In this document: piece after piece, positions 1 through 9,765 of the stretch
Layout of the letters: every line of letters starts with the position of its first letter
Numbering within the stretch: position 1 is the first letter of the stretch
Source of the DNA: a virus
Lineage: Duplodnaviria > Caudoviricetes
Virus record (IMG/VR): IMGVR_UViG_3300035008_000006
Location: 1 to 53,724 of that record
Strand: one strand, 5' to 3'
Length of the DNA: 53,724 bases
The notes under the pieces: generated by a model
Told to the model about the DNA's origin: nothing
What the model saw: only the letters and a program-made list of their open reading frames with translations
Databases searched by the model: none
Made by a program: the position numbers and the translations under genes

Positions 1-111
1 ATGACTACACGCACCTACGCTCGCGAAACACGTCTGGCCGAGAGCGAAGTCGTGGAATGGAACCTTGAAACAGCTCACGCTTTAAGTTCGGCTGAACGCC
101 ACGGGTGGAGC

Positions 112-342
112 ATGAAGACCGTACTGCCAGCTGCAGAGCTAAAGCTCGCACTCAACGAAGCGATGCGCCGTCGCAAAGAGTGCGCCGGCGTCGAAGCTAC
201 GAAAGTATTTGAATGCGCTGGTGGGCCAGCCAACTGGGATGCGGAGTTTAGTAACAGCGGTACCGTCATAGACCCGTCGTGTAAGAGAGCTGTCTTAGCA
301 ACTAAATTGGGAATGCAGAACCGCTTCAACTTGGCGATCTAG
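112..342 (+). CDS. small hypothetical protein (76 aa)
   Basis: Part of ORF 1..342; ATG at 112 follows GGTGGAG; protein-like composition. Confidence 0.5.
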   Translation: MKTVLPAAELKLALNEAMRRRKECAGVEATKVFECAGGPANWDAEFSNSGTVIDPSCKRAVLATKLGMQNRFNLAI

Positions 343-399
343 GCGAATTTGAAAAGTACCGCCTGTCTCGAGCTGCTCTTCCGCGGGTCGGCGTATTCG

Positions 400-553
400 A
401 AAAGCGGTGCCGCCCCCGCGGAGGCAACGAACTTCGTGAATTGCCGGTGTCACCGGCGTGCGGTCTATCCAGAAACCGTCTACGCCGATGCGGTGCACCG
501 CGGTTAATGCCGGTCCCAGTCATGTGGAAGGTGTAACCCTCGATCCCGATCAC
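400..553 (-). pseudogene. fragment of formylglycine-generating enzyme (FGE-sulfatase) family gene
   Basis: Pieces in three frames: MIGIEGYTFHM / HRIGVDGFWIDRTPVT / RQFTKFVAS, resembling the FGE N-terminal motif; frameshifted and truncated. Confidence 0.65.
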
Positions 554-976
554 ACTGCGCAGCCGGCCGTGGGGCCTCGGCCGGTATTCGTGTCTCGGCG
601 ATCATCACCATGGTGCGATCTCGAAGCCTGCCAGCGCCTCTCTGCCCCACATCACCCTAGCGCCCCGCGGCGCCCGTCGTACCATGCGGAACCCGCAAAA
701 AAAACGGACGCGGGGCGGCGTTTGAAGACCCGGCCGAAGGCAGCTATATGGGGCCTTACTCTGGGTCCGCCAGATTTACTACGCCAGGACAAGGCAAAAC
801 CAAGGCCTGGATGGAGCATCGGATTTCTAATTCTGCAACCGCTGTGCTGGCGCGTGTAGTCCGCTGCCGTGATGTAATGAATTTGTTGCAAATTCGGCGA
901 GGCGAATCGCACTTTGTACCTGCTAGTTTCGTCTTGTTTTACCGAGTCCGGTAGCAAACCGATAGCAGCAGGACAG

Positions 977-1714
977 ATGATGCGCCCATCGCAGAAGCTG
1001 GCATTATCGCACGCAATAGCGACAGAACTGCAGCAACGCTACGGGTTCGATGACATCTCGGCCTATCTGGCCGAGCACAAGCTCCAGGCAACTGCACACC
1101 AAGATTATTTTGAAGACGCTGTCGACTGGGCCAAATCTGCGCTGCGAAAAGCCGATGCCGCCACTCTGCTTAGCATCTCGGAAGACCTTGAAATTAACTC
1201 AGCCGTTTTCCGATCTTCAGTACCTCCCAAGAACTGGCCGGATAGCTCCAAATATCGGTTGTTCATAAGTCATCTGGCGAAGCACAAGCTCTACGGCACC
1301 AGGCTGCGCGATTGCCTGTTACCGTTTCACATATCAGGCTTTGTCGCCCACCAAGATGTCCACCCAACCGCTGAATGGCAAATCGAAATCGAGCGCGCGC
1401 TATCAACTATGGACGCTTTTCTGGCAATTCATACGGTGGGATTCAAAGACAGCTATTGGGCGCAGCAAGAAGTCGGGTTCGCTGTTGCTCGACGCGTCAA
1501 GATTATCTCATTTAGGATGGGCGAAGATCCTGTCGGCTTCATAAGCAAACAGCAAGCTTTGCCGCATGAGAAACGAATGGCAGAAGACATCGCGAAAGAG
1601 ATCAATGCGTTGCTAATGGATGATCCTGCCACCAGCACTCGACTGGCCCAAGTTATTGAATTGAATACGCCGAAGAAACGAAGCTTCGATATTGATGACG
1701 AAATTCCGTTCTGA
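977..1714 (+). CDS. TIR domain protein, putative anti-phage effector, with helical N-terminal domain and acidic DDEIPF tail
   Basis: LFISH, FVAHQD, W-x3-IERAL, SYWAQQEVGFA with catalytic Glu; AGGA before ATGATG at 977/980; lower GC than the prophage core. Confidence 0.85.
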   Translation: MMRPSQKLALSHAIATELQQRYGFDDISAYLAEHKLQATAHQDYFEDAVDWAKSALRKADAATLLSISEDLEINSAVFRSSVPPKNWPDSSKYRLFISHLAKHKLYGTRLRDCLLPFHISGFVAHQDVHPTAEWQIEIERALSTMDAFLAIHTVGFKDSYWAQQEVGFAVARRVKIISFRMGEDPVGFISKQQALPHEKRMAEDIAKEINALLMDDPATSTRLAQVIELNTPKKRSFDIDDEIPF

Positions 1715-1989
1715 GAATCGGCCGCCACCGTGCCCGGCATGACTGCCTTAAAGCTCATCCGCGAACGAGAACCGCAGCCAGGGCCCGTGGCCGCCGGGTG
1801 ATTACAACGTGGTGAGCCGACACCGGCAAGATGGTCGGCCGCATTTTCCGCCAGAGCGTAGCCCTAGTAAATCCGAACGAATGATTTTGGGGCCTCGACT
1901 TCTTCGAGGCAAAAGGCCGCCGGCCGTTTATGGTAGCGCCGAAAGCAAGGAAGGCTGGCGGAGGCGATAGGGCATGACCTTGAGAGGCG

Positions 1990-2175
1990 TTGTTGTTTAG
2001 GCTCGCGGGAGCGGTTATCGGCGGCGTGCTGATATGGCTTGGACTTCGGCCTCGCATCGGACCATACTTTGTCGACGATCCCGCGTTGGGTTACCTAATC
2101 TCCATTCCGTTCGGAGCGATGATCGCGCTGATTGTCGATTACGCTTATCGAAGTTGGCGGCCCGACCGGACATAA
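1990..2175 (+). CDS. small two-helix membrane protein
   Basis: GAGAGG before TTG; two hydrophobic segments. Confidence 0.5.
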   Translation: MLFRLAGAVIGGVLIWLGLRPRIGPYFVDDPALGYLISIPFGAMIALIVDYAYRSWRPDRT

Positions 2176-2272
2176 TGCCTAGCGAGAACGAAAAGTCGGG
2201 CGATGGTTGCCGCGATCATGCTGGACTTGAGCGTTGAAGGCGCGCAGGAAAGCGTGTGAGTGGTCACCTTGC

Positions 2273-2485
2273 TCAGGCGGTTGCTGGTGCTGAGATGCCT
2301 CGAATACCGTTACGGCGCATACGTTTCTCGATCGCTTTTATTCTGCGCTCCGCCCTGTGACTGATCTCGTTCAATTGCTCCGGCGTTATCCGCCTTGCCG
2401 TGAGATCGGCGATGCCGGCGATCACTTTCTGATGGATCTCCTTTAACTCAATCAGGTCCTCTTGACGTCGCTTCCGCTGCGCCAT
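2273..2485 (-). CDS. hypothetical helical protein (70 aa)
   Basis: GAGG before ATG at 2485; amphipathic helical composition. Confidence 0.5.
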   Translation of the reverse strand: MAQRKRRQEDLIELKEIHQKVIAGIADLTARRITPEQLNEISHRAERRIKAIEKRMRRNGIRGISAPATA

Positions 2486-2619
2486 CGCTGCCTCTTGGTG
2501 GCGAATCAGGCCCGGTCTGTAAGACGCAGCCGGGCCAAATTTGGTCGGATAAAGGTGCTTCTCAACACTGGCCCACGCCAAGGGGTTCCCAGCCGCCTTC
2601 TGGGCGAAGGCTTGCAGGC

Positions 2620-2892
2620 CTAGCTATCAACCGGCTCAATGGATTCCCAACTGCCAAAACCCCATTCGTGATATCGCCAGAGCCATTTCTGACCGGTATC
2701 GGGATCGACATAGAGCCGGTCGCCGATATATGCTTTGGGATGGCGCTCGAACTCATGCACGAACTTCAGTCGTTTTAGCAGCCGGTTAAGGTCGGCTCGC
2801 TGCTGACGGTCACTGTCCGATCGTAGCGCACGAGGGACGCGCCAAGGCGGAGCGCGCCAAGAGCTATCCCAAAAGTCGGATAATGTTCCCAT
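2620..2892 (-). CDS. hypothetical Trp-rich protein
   Basis: ATG ORF with LYVDPDTGQKWLW motif. Confidence 0.45.
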   Translation of the reverse strand: MGTLSDFWDSSWRAPPWRVPRALRSDSDRQQRADLNRLLKRLKFVHEFERHPKAYIGDRLYVDPDTGQKWLWRYHEWGFGSWESIEPVDS

Positions 2893-2997
2893 TCGTGGTC
2901 GAACCTAAGCTGGTAACATTCAGTACGTCAATTTCACCATACCGTAAGGAAATCGAGGAACAAACGCGTCCACAAAGCGAACAAAACGAATCCGGAG

Positions 2998-3135
2998 TGC
3001 AGCCATGCATCCGAGGCCTAGCCTAAGATGCGTTGCGGCTCGAAGGGGCTAACCAACTAGCCGCGACGGAAGCAACCTAGCAAGTGAGGCGGCGACCGGA
3101 AACAAAAAGCCCGGCGGTAAGCCGGGCCAAGTTCT
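2998..3135 (-). repeat. copy 1 of duplicated hairpin/terminator element, putative sRNA
   Basis: 24-mer GCGGCTCGAAGGGGCTAACCAACT at 3035-3058 identical to 4033-4056; AAAAAGCCCGGC..GCCGGGC is a minus-strand terminator. Confidence 0.6.
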
Positions 3136-3379
3136 GATCGCGTAGGAAAGTGCAGCTCAAACTCGCCAGGGCGAAAGTGGTTCCTGTCGCCACCGCAGCG
3201 ACGGCGGCATGGCACGACCTACTCCGAGGGGCGACAACGTACACAGCGCCGCCGTGCTGGACGCGAGCCATCTCGCCGGGGCGATACCGCCCGCGTGCCC
3301 TGCCGCTCGCAGACGCTCCGCAAGGCAATGTGAGCGGGGCTTAGGACATAGCCCGGGGGCTTGGGACCCTCCGGCTCGC

Positions 3380-3600
3380 GGTCCGGTCTCCTCCTCTGCG
3401 GTGCCGTCGTCCCCGTCACCATGGTCGGGGCTCCCCGCCGTCGTACTCTTTCCTCGAGGCCCACGGACTGCCCCGGCAGGCAGTAGTAGCCGAGACACGG
3501 CTGGAGGTCGGGTCCGGCTCTGTTTCGTCCAGAAAGGCCAGCAAGCATTCGATCCCCGCTTCGGCCTCTTTCTGAGGCCGGCAAGTCTGCGAAGTGCCGC
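3380..3600 (-). pseudogene. degraded phage-type acidic hypothetical protein
   Basis: EAGIECLLAFLDETEPDP / DLQPCLG / PDHGDGDDGTAEEE split across three frames. Confidence 0.35.
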
Positions 3601-3989
3601 AACAGGAACGTCTGACAGGTGTGTCCGTCAACCAGCTTGATGGCGGCGGCGATAGCCTTGTCGCGAGGGCAACATCAATGTCGTGCATCCCAAGAAAATG
3701 CCTTCGCGACCATGCTGGCTCGATAACCAACATCTTCTCCGCGCGAAACCACCTCGCGCCGACCGGAAAGAATTCACGATCACGGTTCAGATCACGCAGG
3801 TTTATCCCGACACGCCGGCGCAAGGGCCGCACTGATCGGGCAGCGCGGTCATGCCGTGATCAAATTTCGAACCCAAACCCATGCACACGGCCGGTCGCTT
3901 TGCGACTTGGGTTCTCCGCGTTGCCACGTTAGCTGCGATCGTCGCAGGCGCCGCCGCAATGCATTTTTATGTCCGCTAGCGCGCGCGAA

Positions 3990-4175
3990 AGGCCCCGGCT
4001 GCAGCCTCTACATCCGGGGCCTAACGTGCGTCGCGGCTCGAAGGGGCTAACCAACTCACCGCCCCGGCACGCCGAAACCCTAGCACGGTGGGAGCAAAGA
4101 AAAAGCCCGGCAGGCGTTGCTTGCCGGGCAAGAACTTGCCGACAGGTGGCTGGGATGGAGAAGCCACCTGAGCGG
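3990..4175 (-). repeat. copy 2 of duplicated hairpin/terminator element, putative sRNA
   Basis: Same 24-mer at 4033-4056 and similar terminator; extra hairpin CAGGTGGCT..AGCCACCTG with minus-strand loop UCUCCAUCCC. Confidence 0.6.
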
Positions 4176-4550
4176 CTTTTACAGCAGTTTCATGAGCACA
4201 CGTTATGCTCGCCGGGGCTGGCTGTCATGCCGTTATCGGATGGAATTTCGCTCGGCAATTGGGCCATCAGTCAGTTGGCTTCCTTAACCCGATGTTCCGA
4301 CCCGTCGGCAACGCACTTTCTCTCTCAGGCATTGGCCAGTTTCAAACTCTTGCCGTTCCGACTCCTCAAGCGCGTGCCGGGCCATGCTGCGGCAGTGGAT
4401 CTCCCGCTAAATTTGCTGAACGCATTATTATACAGGATGTCATAGATTCATGAATCGACGGCACCTCAAATCGCCGTCAACCCGCTCTTACGGTTTTTAC
4501 CGCATTTTCCGTGAGAGCGGATCGTCCCTTCGCCACGCCGAGCGTTCCGC

Positions 4551-4733
4551 ATGCTGCCCACTATAGAAAAGAACCCGGACTGGCCGCCGCTGTGTCCGAA
4601 CTGCGGGACTCAGCTAACCCTATTTCCGGAGATCGATGCATCCGGCCCGTCAATTAAAGGATTTTGGTGCTCGCCCTGCGGTCACATATTCATTTGGGAT
4701 AAAGACAAGCAAAGACTCGTTAGTAGCCAATGA
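4551..4733 (+). CDS. zinc-ribbon micro-protein, paralog of 19729..19917
   Basis: CPNC..CSPC; shares PDWPP, SIKGFWC and QRLVS with the second copy. Confidence 0.75.
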   Translation: MLPTIEKNPDWPPLCPNCGTQLTLFPEIDASGPSIKGFWCSPCGHIFIWDKDKQRLVSSQ

Positions 4734-4855
4734 AATTAACGCTGCCAGCGGTTGTTCCAGCGTTCATTGGAGACCACAACTAACTTGCTATATCATTATG
4801 CCGACGACGGAGAGGCCGAACGTCGCTGCCCGTTTCGACGGAGAGAGCGCACGCC

Positions 4856-5269
4856 TCATCGCATGGTCACAATTTTTTGCCGCTGCTCACTCCACTCCAC
4901 CGGAAACCGCCGCATCAGTCCATCCAGCTGCAGTCCTGTCGGCTGCCGCCCACCCAAGATCGTCTCGACTACGTCCGGCGCCAGCAGCGTCAGCCGCAGG
5001 ACGCGACCGACGTAGGACTCGTTGATCTTTTCGGCATTGGCGATCTCGCGGATGGTTGAGTATTCGCCGGTTTCCAGCATGTCGCGCCAGCGAAACGCCC
5101 GGGCGATCGCCTTGACCATAGCGCTGTCCACATGCCGGGTGACTGGTGCGGCGGTGACATCAGCACCGTCGGGAGCGAGCACGAGTTTCCGCCCACCGCG
5201 CCTGTGTATTGCGATCGGCACTCGCACCGTGACAGTGCGGGCCTCGATGCTGCAACGCGACTCGGTCAT
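4856..5269 (-). CDS. recombinase-associated HTH-like protein
   Basis: KAIARAFRWRDMLETG..YVGRVLRLTLLAPD, a family I recognise downstream of DUF2924-recombinase pairs; coupled to recombinase stop. Confidence 0.8.
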   Translation of the reverse strand: MTESRCSIEARTVTVRVPIAIHRRGGRKLVLAPDGADVTAAPVTRHVDSAMVKAIARAFRWRDMLETGEYSTIREIANAEKINESYVGRVLRLTLLAPDVVETILGGRQPTGLQLDGLMRRFPVEWSEQRQKIVTMR

Positions 5270-6579
5270 TACGCCGCCCTCAGCGCTTCCGGTCTGATGG
5301 TACGCAATTCGTTGACCAGATTTGTCAGCCCCTCGGTCCGTAGCTGAATGTCGGCGCCATCTGGGCTGACATCGACGCGCTCGACGAGCAATTGCACGAT
5401 GCGCGCCTGCTCGGCCGGAAAGAGCTCGTCCCAGAGCGGATCGAGCCGCTGCAGCGCCTCGCGCACCTCGGTTTCGGAGATATCGCCCTTTGATGCCGCG
5501 CGCCAGGTACGCACAATAATTTCAGGAGCGCGGAGCAGAGCGCGCAGCTGGTCGACGACCGCGCTCTCGATCTCGGCTGCGGGGACCCGCCGCACCGGGC
5601 AGGCGTCGGCGTCGCGTTTCAGCACGTCGGTCGAGACGTAGTATCGATAGAGCTTCCCTCCCTTGCGCGTATGCGCCGGGGTCATCGCCCTGCCGGTCGG
5701 CCCAAAGATCAGGCCCTTGAGCAGGGCCGGCGTTTGCGCCCTCGTGTTTGCAGCGCGCTTCCGCGGGCTTTCGCGCAGGACGGTGTGGACGCGGTCCCAG
5801 AGAACACGTTCAATGATGGCTTGGTGCTCGCCGGGATAGGCGACGCCCTTGTGCACGGCATCACCGATATAGACCCGGTTGTTAAGCAGCTTGTAGACGT
5901 AGCCCTTGTCGACGAGCTTGCCCTGCTTGCCCCGGACGTTTTCGGCTCGGAGCTTGCGCACCAGTTCGGTTGCCGAGCCAATCTTGATGAATTGCTCGAA
6001 AATCATCCGAACTGTCGCGGCCTCGGCTTGGTTCACGATCAGCTTGCGATCCTTGACGTCGTAGCCGAGCGGGACGAAGCCGCCCATCCACATGCCCTTC
6101 TTGCGAGACGCGGCGAACTTGTCGCGGATGCGTTCGCCGATAACCTCGCGCTCGAACTGAGCGAAGCTGAGAAGGATGTTGAGTGTCAGCCTCCCCATCG
6201 AGGTCGTGGTGTTAAACGATTGGGTCACGCTGACAAAGGTGACATTGTTGCGATCGAACACCTCGACCAGCTTGGCGAAATCCATCAGCGCGCGGCTGAG
6301 CCGATCGATCTTGTAGACCACGATAACATCGACGCGCCGGTCCTCGATATCGGCGAGCAGACGTTTCAGCGCCGGCCGCTCCAGGGTGGCGCCCGAAATC
6401 CCGCCATCATCATAACGGTCCGGCACCAGCACCCAGCCCTCGGGCTTCTGGCTCGCGATATAGGCTTCGCAAGCCTCGCGCTGAGCGTCGAGCGAGTTGA
6501 ACTCCTGCTCAAGCCCCTCCTCGCTCGATTTGCGGGTGTAAACTGCACAACGGAGCTTGCGCACGACAGGTTTCTTCAT
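5269..6579 (-). CDS. large serine recombinase (integrase)
   Basis: CAVYTRKS catalytic motif, DDGGISG, YKIDRLSR, AQFERE, recombinase domain; ATGA overlap with DUF2924. Confidence 0.95.
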   Translation of the reverse strand: MKKPVVRKLRCAVYTRKSSEEGLEQEFNSLDAQREACEAYIASQKPEGWVLVPDRYDDGGISGATLERPALKRLLADIEDRRVDVIVVYKIDRLSRALMDFAKLVEVFDRNNVTFVSVTQSFNTTTSMGRLTLNILLSFAQFEREVIGERIRDKFAASRKKGMWMGGFVPLGYDVKDRKLIVNQAEAATVRMIFEQFIKIGSATELVRKLRAENVRGKQGKLVDKGYVYKLLNNRVYIGDAVHKGVAYPGEHQAIIERVLWDRVHTVLRESPRKRAANTRAQTPALLKGLIFGPTGRAMTPAHTRKGGKLYRYYVSTDVLKRDADACPVRRVPAAEIESAVVDQLRALLRAPEIIVRTWRAASKGDISETEVREALQRLDPLWDELFPAEQARIVQLLVERVDVSPDGADIQLRTEGLTNLVNELRTIRPEALRAA

Positions 6580-7025
6580 CGCGCCACCCGCTGGTTCTTG
6601 AGGCCAAAGAAGACCCGGCCGTTCCACTGCGTGCCGGTGATAGCGCGGGCGATGGCCGAGAGCGATTTGTAGGGGCGGCCCTGGTATTCAAAGCCGTCGT
6701 CGCGCACGGTCACGCAATGCTCGATGCCCTGGTATTCGCGGATGAGCCGGGTGCCCGCGATGGGGCGATCATGATCGGCGCGGCGGCGCCGCACATCCAC
6801 CTTGCCGCCGTCGAGCGTCTCGGCCAGCTCACGGAGACGCCGCAGGGTCTCCGGTTTCAGTCCGCCATAGGCGAGTTCCTGAATCCGGTAGGCCAGCCGA
6901 TGCTCCAGGAAGCGCCTGTTATAGGGCGGCGGCTCGGACTCATAGAGATCGCGCCATTTCTGTTTCAGTACGCCGATCGGCGCCGTTTTCAGGGCGGCCA
7001 GTTGGGCCAGTACGGTGTCGGTCAA
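6576..7025 (-). CDS. DUF2924 protein
   Basis: LAYRIQELAYGGL, GTRLIREYQG, YKSLSAIARAITGTQWNGRVFFGL. Confidence 0.92.
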   Translation of the reverse strand: MTDTVLAQLAALKTAPIGVLKQKWRDLYESEPPPYNRRFLEHRLAYRIQELAYGGLKPETLRRLRELAETLDGGKVDVRRRRADHDRPIAGTRLIREYQGIEHCVTVRDDGFEYQGRPYKSLSAIARAITGTQWNGRVFFGLKNQRVAR

Positions 7026-7225
7026 TCCGAGCCTCCATGCGACGTAAGACGGTCGGCATGACTGCTCTGGTCGGCGGGACAGTCGAGCGAACTCTCTCCA
7101 CAGGCGGCAGATAAACGACTGGACTTGCGGAGCTTTAGCCGCATGAGGCCGGCGGCAAGGATCTCCGCGGTTTCGTCTAGGCGCTCGTTGGCCGTCATGT
7201 GCCGTGGGTCGAGGGCATTGCTCAT
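7022..7225 (-). CDS. small hypothetical protein of the DUF2924 operon
   Basis: MTANERLDETAEILAAGLMRL; AGAGGA RBS; overlaps next start. Confidence 0.75.
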   Translation of the reverse strand: MSNALDPRHMTANERLDETAEILAAGLMRLKLRKSSRLSAACGESSLDCPADQSSHADRLTSHGGSD

Positions 7226-7371
7226 GTCCTCTTAGTAGGAACGCCGAGCCTCAAACCCTCCCAAGGGGCTGGGGCGCGCTGCAACCCTAGCCATCTCAAA
7301 GGCTTGCTGCGGATCGGCATGGAATTGCGCGACAGGTTAATTTTCCTCTGGACTCCGGCCGCCGCTCGTGA

Positions 7372-7386
7372 GAACAAATAGAGAAC
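7372..7386 (+). promoter_or_regulatory. alphaproteobacterial LexA (SOS) box
   Basis: GAAC-AAATAGA-GAAC matches GAAC-N7-GAAC, 16 nt upstream of the protease ATG. Confidence 0.7.
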
Positions 7387-7402
7387 AAGACGAGAGGGCC
7401 GA

Positions 7403-8143
7403 ATGCCTTTTGTACAGGTCGCGTATCGACACTCTTCTACCGGTCAGCCCTCCGGACTGACCCCGGCGGATGTCTGGCAGGTTGCCCAGCGAATCCGGGT
7501 TCAAATTCGCGAGGAGCGCCTTAACCGCTGCCTGCCGGTCGAAGTGGTCATCGACCGGTTGACCGAGATCGAGGTCAACGGGCTGCAGTTTGAGGCATCC
7601 TGGGATCTCGAGCATCCGGTCAAGAACGCCGCCGGCAAACCGGTGATGGGGGTTACGGAATACGACGTCGCGTGCCCCCGCTGCGTGATGGTGTCGGTGA
7701 ACGGGCCGATGCTGGCCGATGCGGAAACCTTGCTGCGTTCCACCATCGCGCATGAGATCGGTCATGTGGTGTTTGACGCGCCCGGTTGGCTTCTGACGCC
7801 GCCAGCCCGGCCGGTGTTTTCGAGCTTCAGTTTGTCACCGAAGACGCGGGATCCTCGCGAATTGCGAGCAAACGAGTTCATGGGAGCGTTGCTCGCACCA
7901 CCCTCATTACTGAAGGTCGACCTGCAGCGGCAGGCCAAGCGCCAGCGCATGCCGGCTGCCGTCCGGCCATCGCGGGTCATCTCCGGCGCGTCCGCTTATG
8001 ACGGTCGCAAGCTCGATCGCGATGCCGTCGAGGAGATCATCTTCAATCTCGCCGAAAGCTACGGCGTCTCTGAAAGTTTCATGCGTGTGAGACTCGACCG
8101 GTACGATCTGCTGCGTACCGGCGACTCCTGGGATGCCCGTTGA
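7403..8143 (+). CDS. ImmA/IrrE family metallopeptidase
   Basis: RSTIAHEIGH (HExxH), ELRANEFMGALL, LAESYGVS; adjacent XRE gene. Confidence 0.9.
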   Translation: MPFVQVAYRHSSTGQPSGLTPADVWQVAQRIRVQIREERLNRCLPVEVVIDRLTEIEVNGLQFEASWDLEHPVKNAAGKPVMGVTEYDVACPRCVMVSVNGPMLADAETLLRSTIAHEIGHVVFDAPGWLLTPPARPVFSSFSLSPKTRDPRELRANEFMGALLAPPSLLKVDLQRQAKRQRMPAAVRPSRVISGASAYDGRKLDRDAVEEIIFNLAESYGVSESFMRVRLDRYDLLRTGDSWDAR

Positions 8144-8155
8144 AGGAGGGTCGTC

Positions 8156-8443
8156 ATGTCGTCGTTTGGATCTTGGTTCCGGGCTGAACGCGAGAAGGCG
8201 GGCCTGTCCTTAAAAGAGCTCGCCACCTCCATTGGCATCTCGCAGGCCTATTGGTCACGCATCGAGCGTGGTCTTGAGCTCGCGCCAAAGGACGCGCTGA
8301 TTATCGCGGCCTGCGAGCGGCTCGGGCTCAAGACCGTGGACCAGGCCTTCATCGAAGCCGAACGTTTGCCGCCTGACATGCAAGGCGATCTGGAATTCGC
8401 GGTGTCGCTCTATCGCGAGTTCAAGTCTCGCGGTCCAAGCTAA
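8156..8443 (+). CDS. XRE family HTH regulator, putative repressor
   Basis: REKAGLSLKELATSIGISQAYWSRIERG; GGAGG RBS. Confidence 0.9.
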   Translation: MSSFGSWFRAEREKAGLSLKELATSIGISQAYWSRIERGLELAPKDALIIAACERLGLKTVDQAFIEAERLPPDMQGDLEFAVSLYREFKSRGPS

Positions 8444-8556
8444 CCCCCTCTCCCCGCTCCGAAGCTGACCGTTGCTGAACTCCCTCAACCCGCGCCTGCC
8501 GCGGGAACGGAGAAGCGTTGTCTGTTTGCTGCCGAACCAAAAACAAGAGGAACGCC

Positions 8557-9177
8557 ATGTCCGACGCCGCCGTCATCGTTGTTGAACAGCCCGACAGCGC
8601 CATTAATGATCGGCAGCTGCGCGTCATGATGGCGGCAGCCGCCTATCACGCGCGCAGGGTCGCGCGCACAATGCGGCTCGGCGAGGCGGAACGGGAGGAT
8701 GTCGAACAGGACATCGTGGTTGCGCTTCTGGAGCGGCGCCGCTTCTTCGACCCTTCACGGGGCGCGTGGTCGTCGTTTGCCGACCGGGTCGCGCGGCAAG
8801 CCGCGCAGGGCGTAGCGGATGAGATCGGCGCCGACCGCCGCGTTCGCGCGGCGTCCCTCGATGAACTCACCGACGATGAGCAGACGTCAGCACTCCGCGA
8901 TGCCATGGAGGCTCAGTTCGTCTCGGCCCCAAACCTCGACCTGCCACTGTCGATTGCGCAGTTTGTGAAGATGCTTCCTGAGGAGTTGGCATATGTCGCG
9001 CGGCTAGTGCTGCTGGCAGAAGGCGAGATCGCCGACGCGCAGCGGCGCTCTGGATTAGCGAACAGCGAATTCTTTCGACGCCTTCGCGAAATCCGCGTCC
9101 AGCTCGTCCTGGCCGAACTCGTGCGTAAGCGGCTCGGTCCTGATGAGAAGAGTTCGGCTCCAGCGGGACGGAACTGA
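8557..9177 (+). CDS. sigma-70 region-2-like protein
   Basis: EREDVEQD..FDPSRGAWSSF; C-terminal HTH-like segment; GAGG RBS. Confidence 0.7.
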   Translation: MSDAAVIVVEQPDSAINDRQLRVMMAAAAYHARRVARTMRLGEAEREDVEQDIVVALLERRRFFDPSRGAWSSFADRVARQAAQGVADEIGADRRVRAASLDELTDDEQTSALRDAMEAQFVSAPNLDLPLSIAQFVKMLPEELAYVARLVLLAEGEIADAQRRSGLANSEFFRRLREIRVQLVLAELVRKRLGPDEKSSAPAGRN

Positions 9178-9331
9178 CCCCTTGGGAGTGATCGAAGGGC
9201 TCATTCGCTACATAGAGGTCGAGAGCAGCTTGAGGGGTCGAACGATCCGTCGGGTTCCGGACTGAAGATCCGAAGTCACGCCAATCCAAGGTCACAACGG
9301 CGGCACGCCTGCGTAGCCGAACGGAAGAGAT

Positions 9332-9751
9332 ATGCCGATGCTTCATCAACCGAATATGTGCCGTGCGCCCGCGCCGATCCCCCAATGCCACTCAGCACTG
9401 ATTGATGAGAACGCGTTTGTGGACTGGCTGATCGATGCCAGGCCCGGACACCGCATCATCTACTATCGTGGTCACCTCGCTCACGATCGGATGCCGAGCG
9501 CGCGAGTGATGGATTACCGGTCGAGAGCCGTGGTTCACACCGTCTCGAACCGCGTGATGACGAGCGCGGATAAAGGATTGGTGCTCCCGGTCCAGCGACG
9601 CCTTGGTCCTGGCGATTACCTCTACATCGCGGTCAAGGCGCGGCCGCCCCGCGCGGCTGAGCGCCGTTCCAAGTTCTTGGCGCTGTCGATCGGAAGCAAC
9701 TTTCCAGCCGTTAGCCGAGTGATCGCCATGCCGGCCTTGCTTGCAGCGTGA
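9332..9751 (+). CDS. phage hypothetical protein
   Basis: ARPGHRIIYYRGHLAHDR..LVLPVQRRLG..YLYIAV. Confidence 0.75.
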   Translation: MPMLHQPNMCRAPAPIPQCHSALIDENAFVDWLIDARPGHRIIYYRGHLAHDRMPSARVMDYRSRAVVHTVSNRVMTSADKGLVLPVQRRLGPGDYLYIAVKARPPRAAERRSKFLALSIGSNFPAVSRVIAMPALLAA

Positions 9752-9765
9752 TGGAGGGAATTGAA

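Noticed and set aside
661-717. Inverted repeat CGCCCCGCG/CGCGGGGCG around an A8 run
   Set aside because: Short GC-only stem, plausible by chance
2955-2992. LexA box among GAAC motifs
   Set aside because: Spacing is not N7
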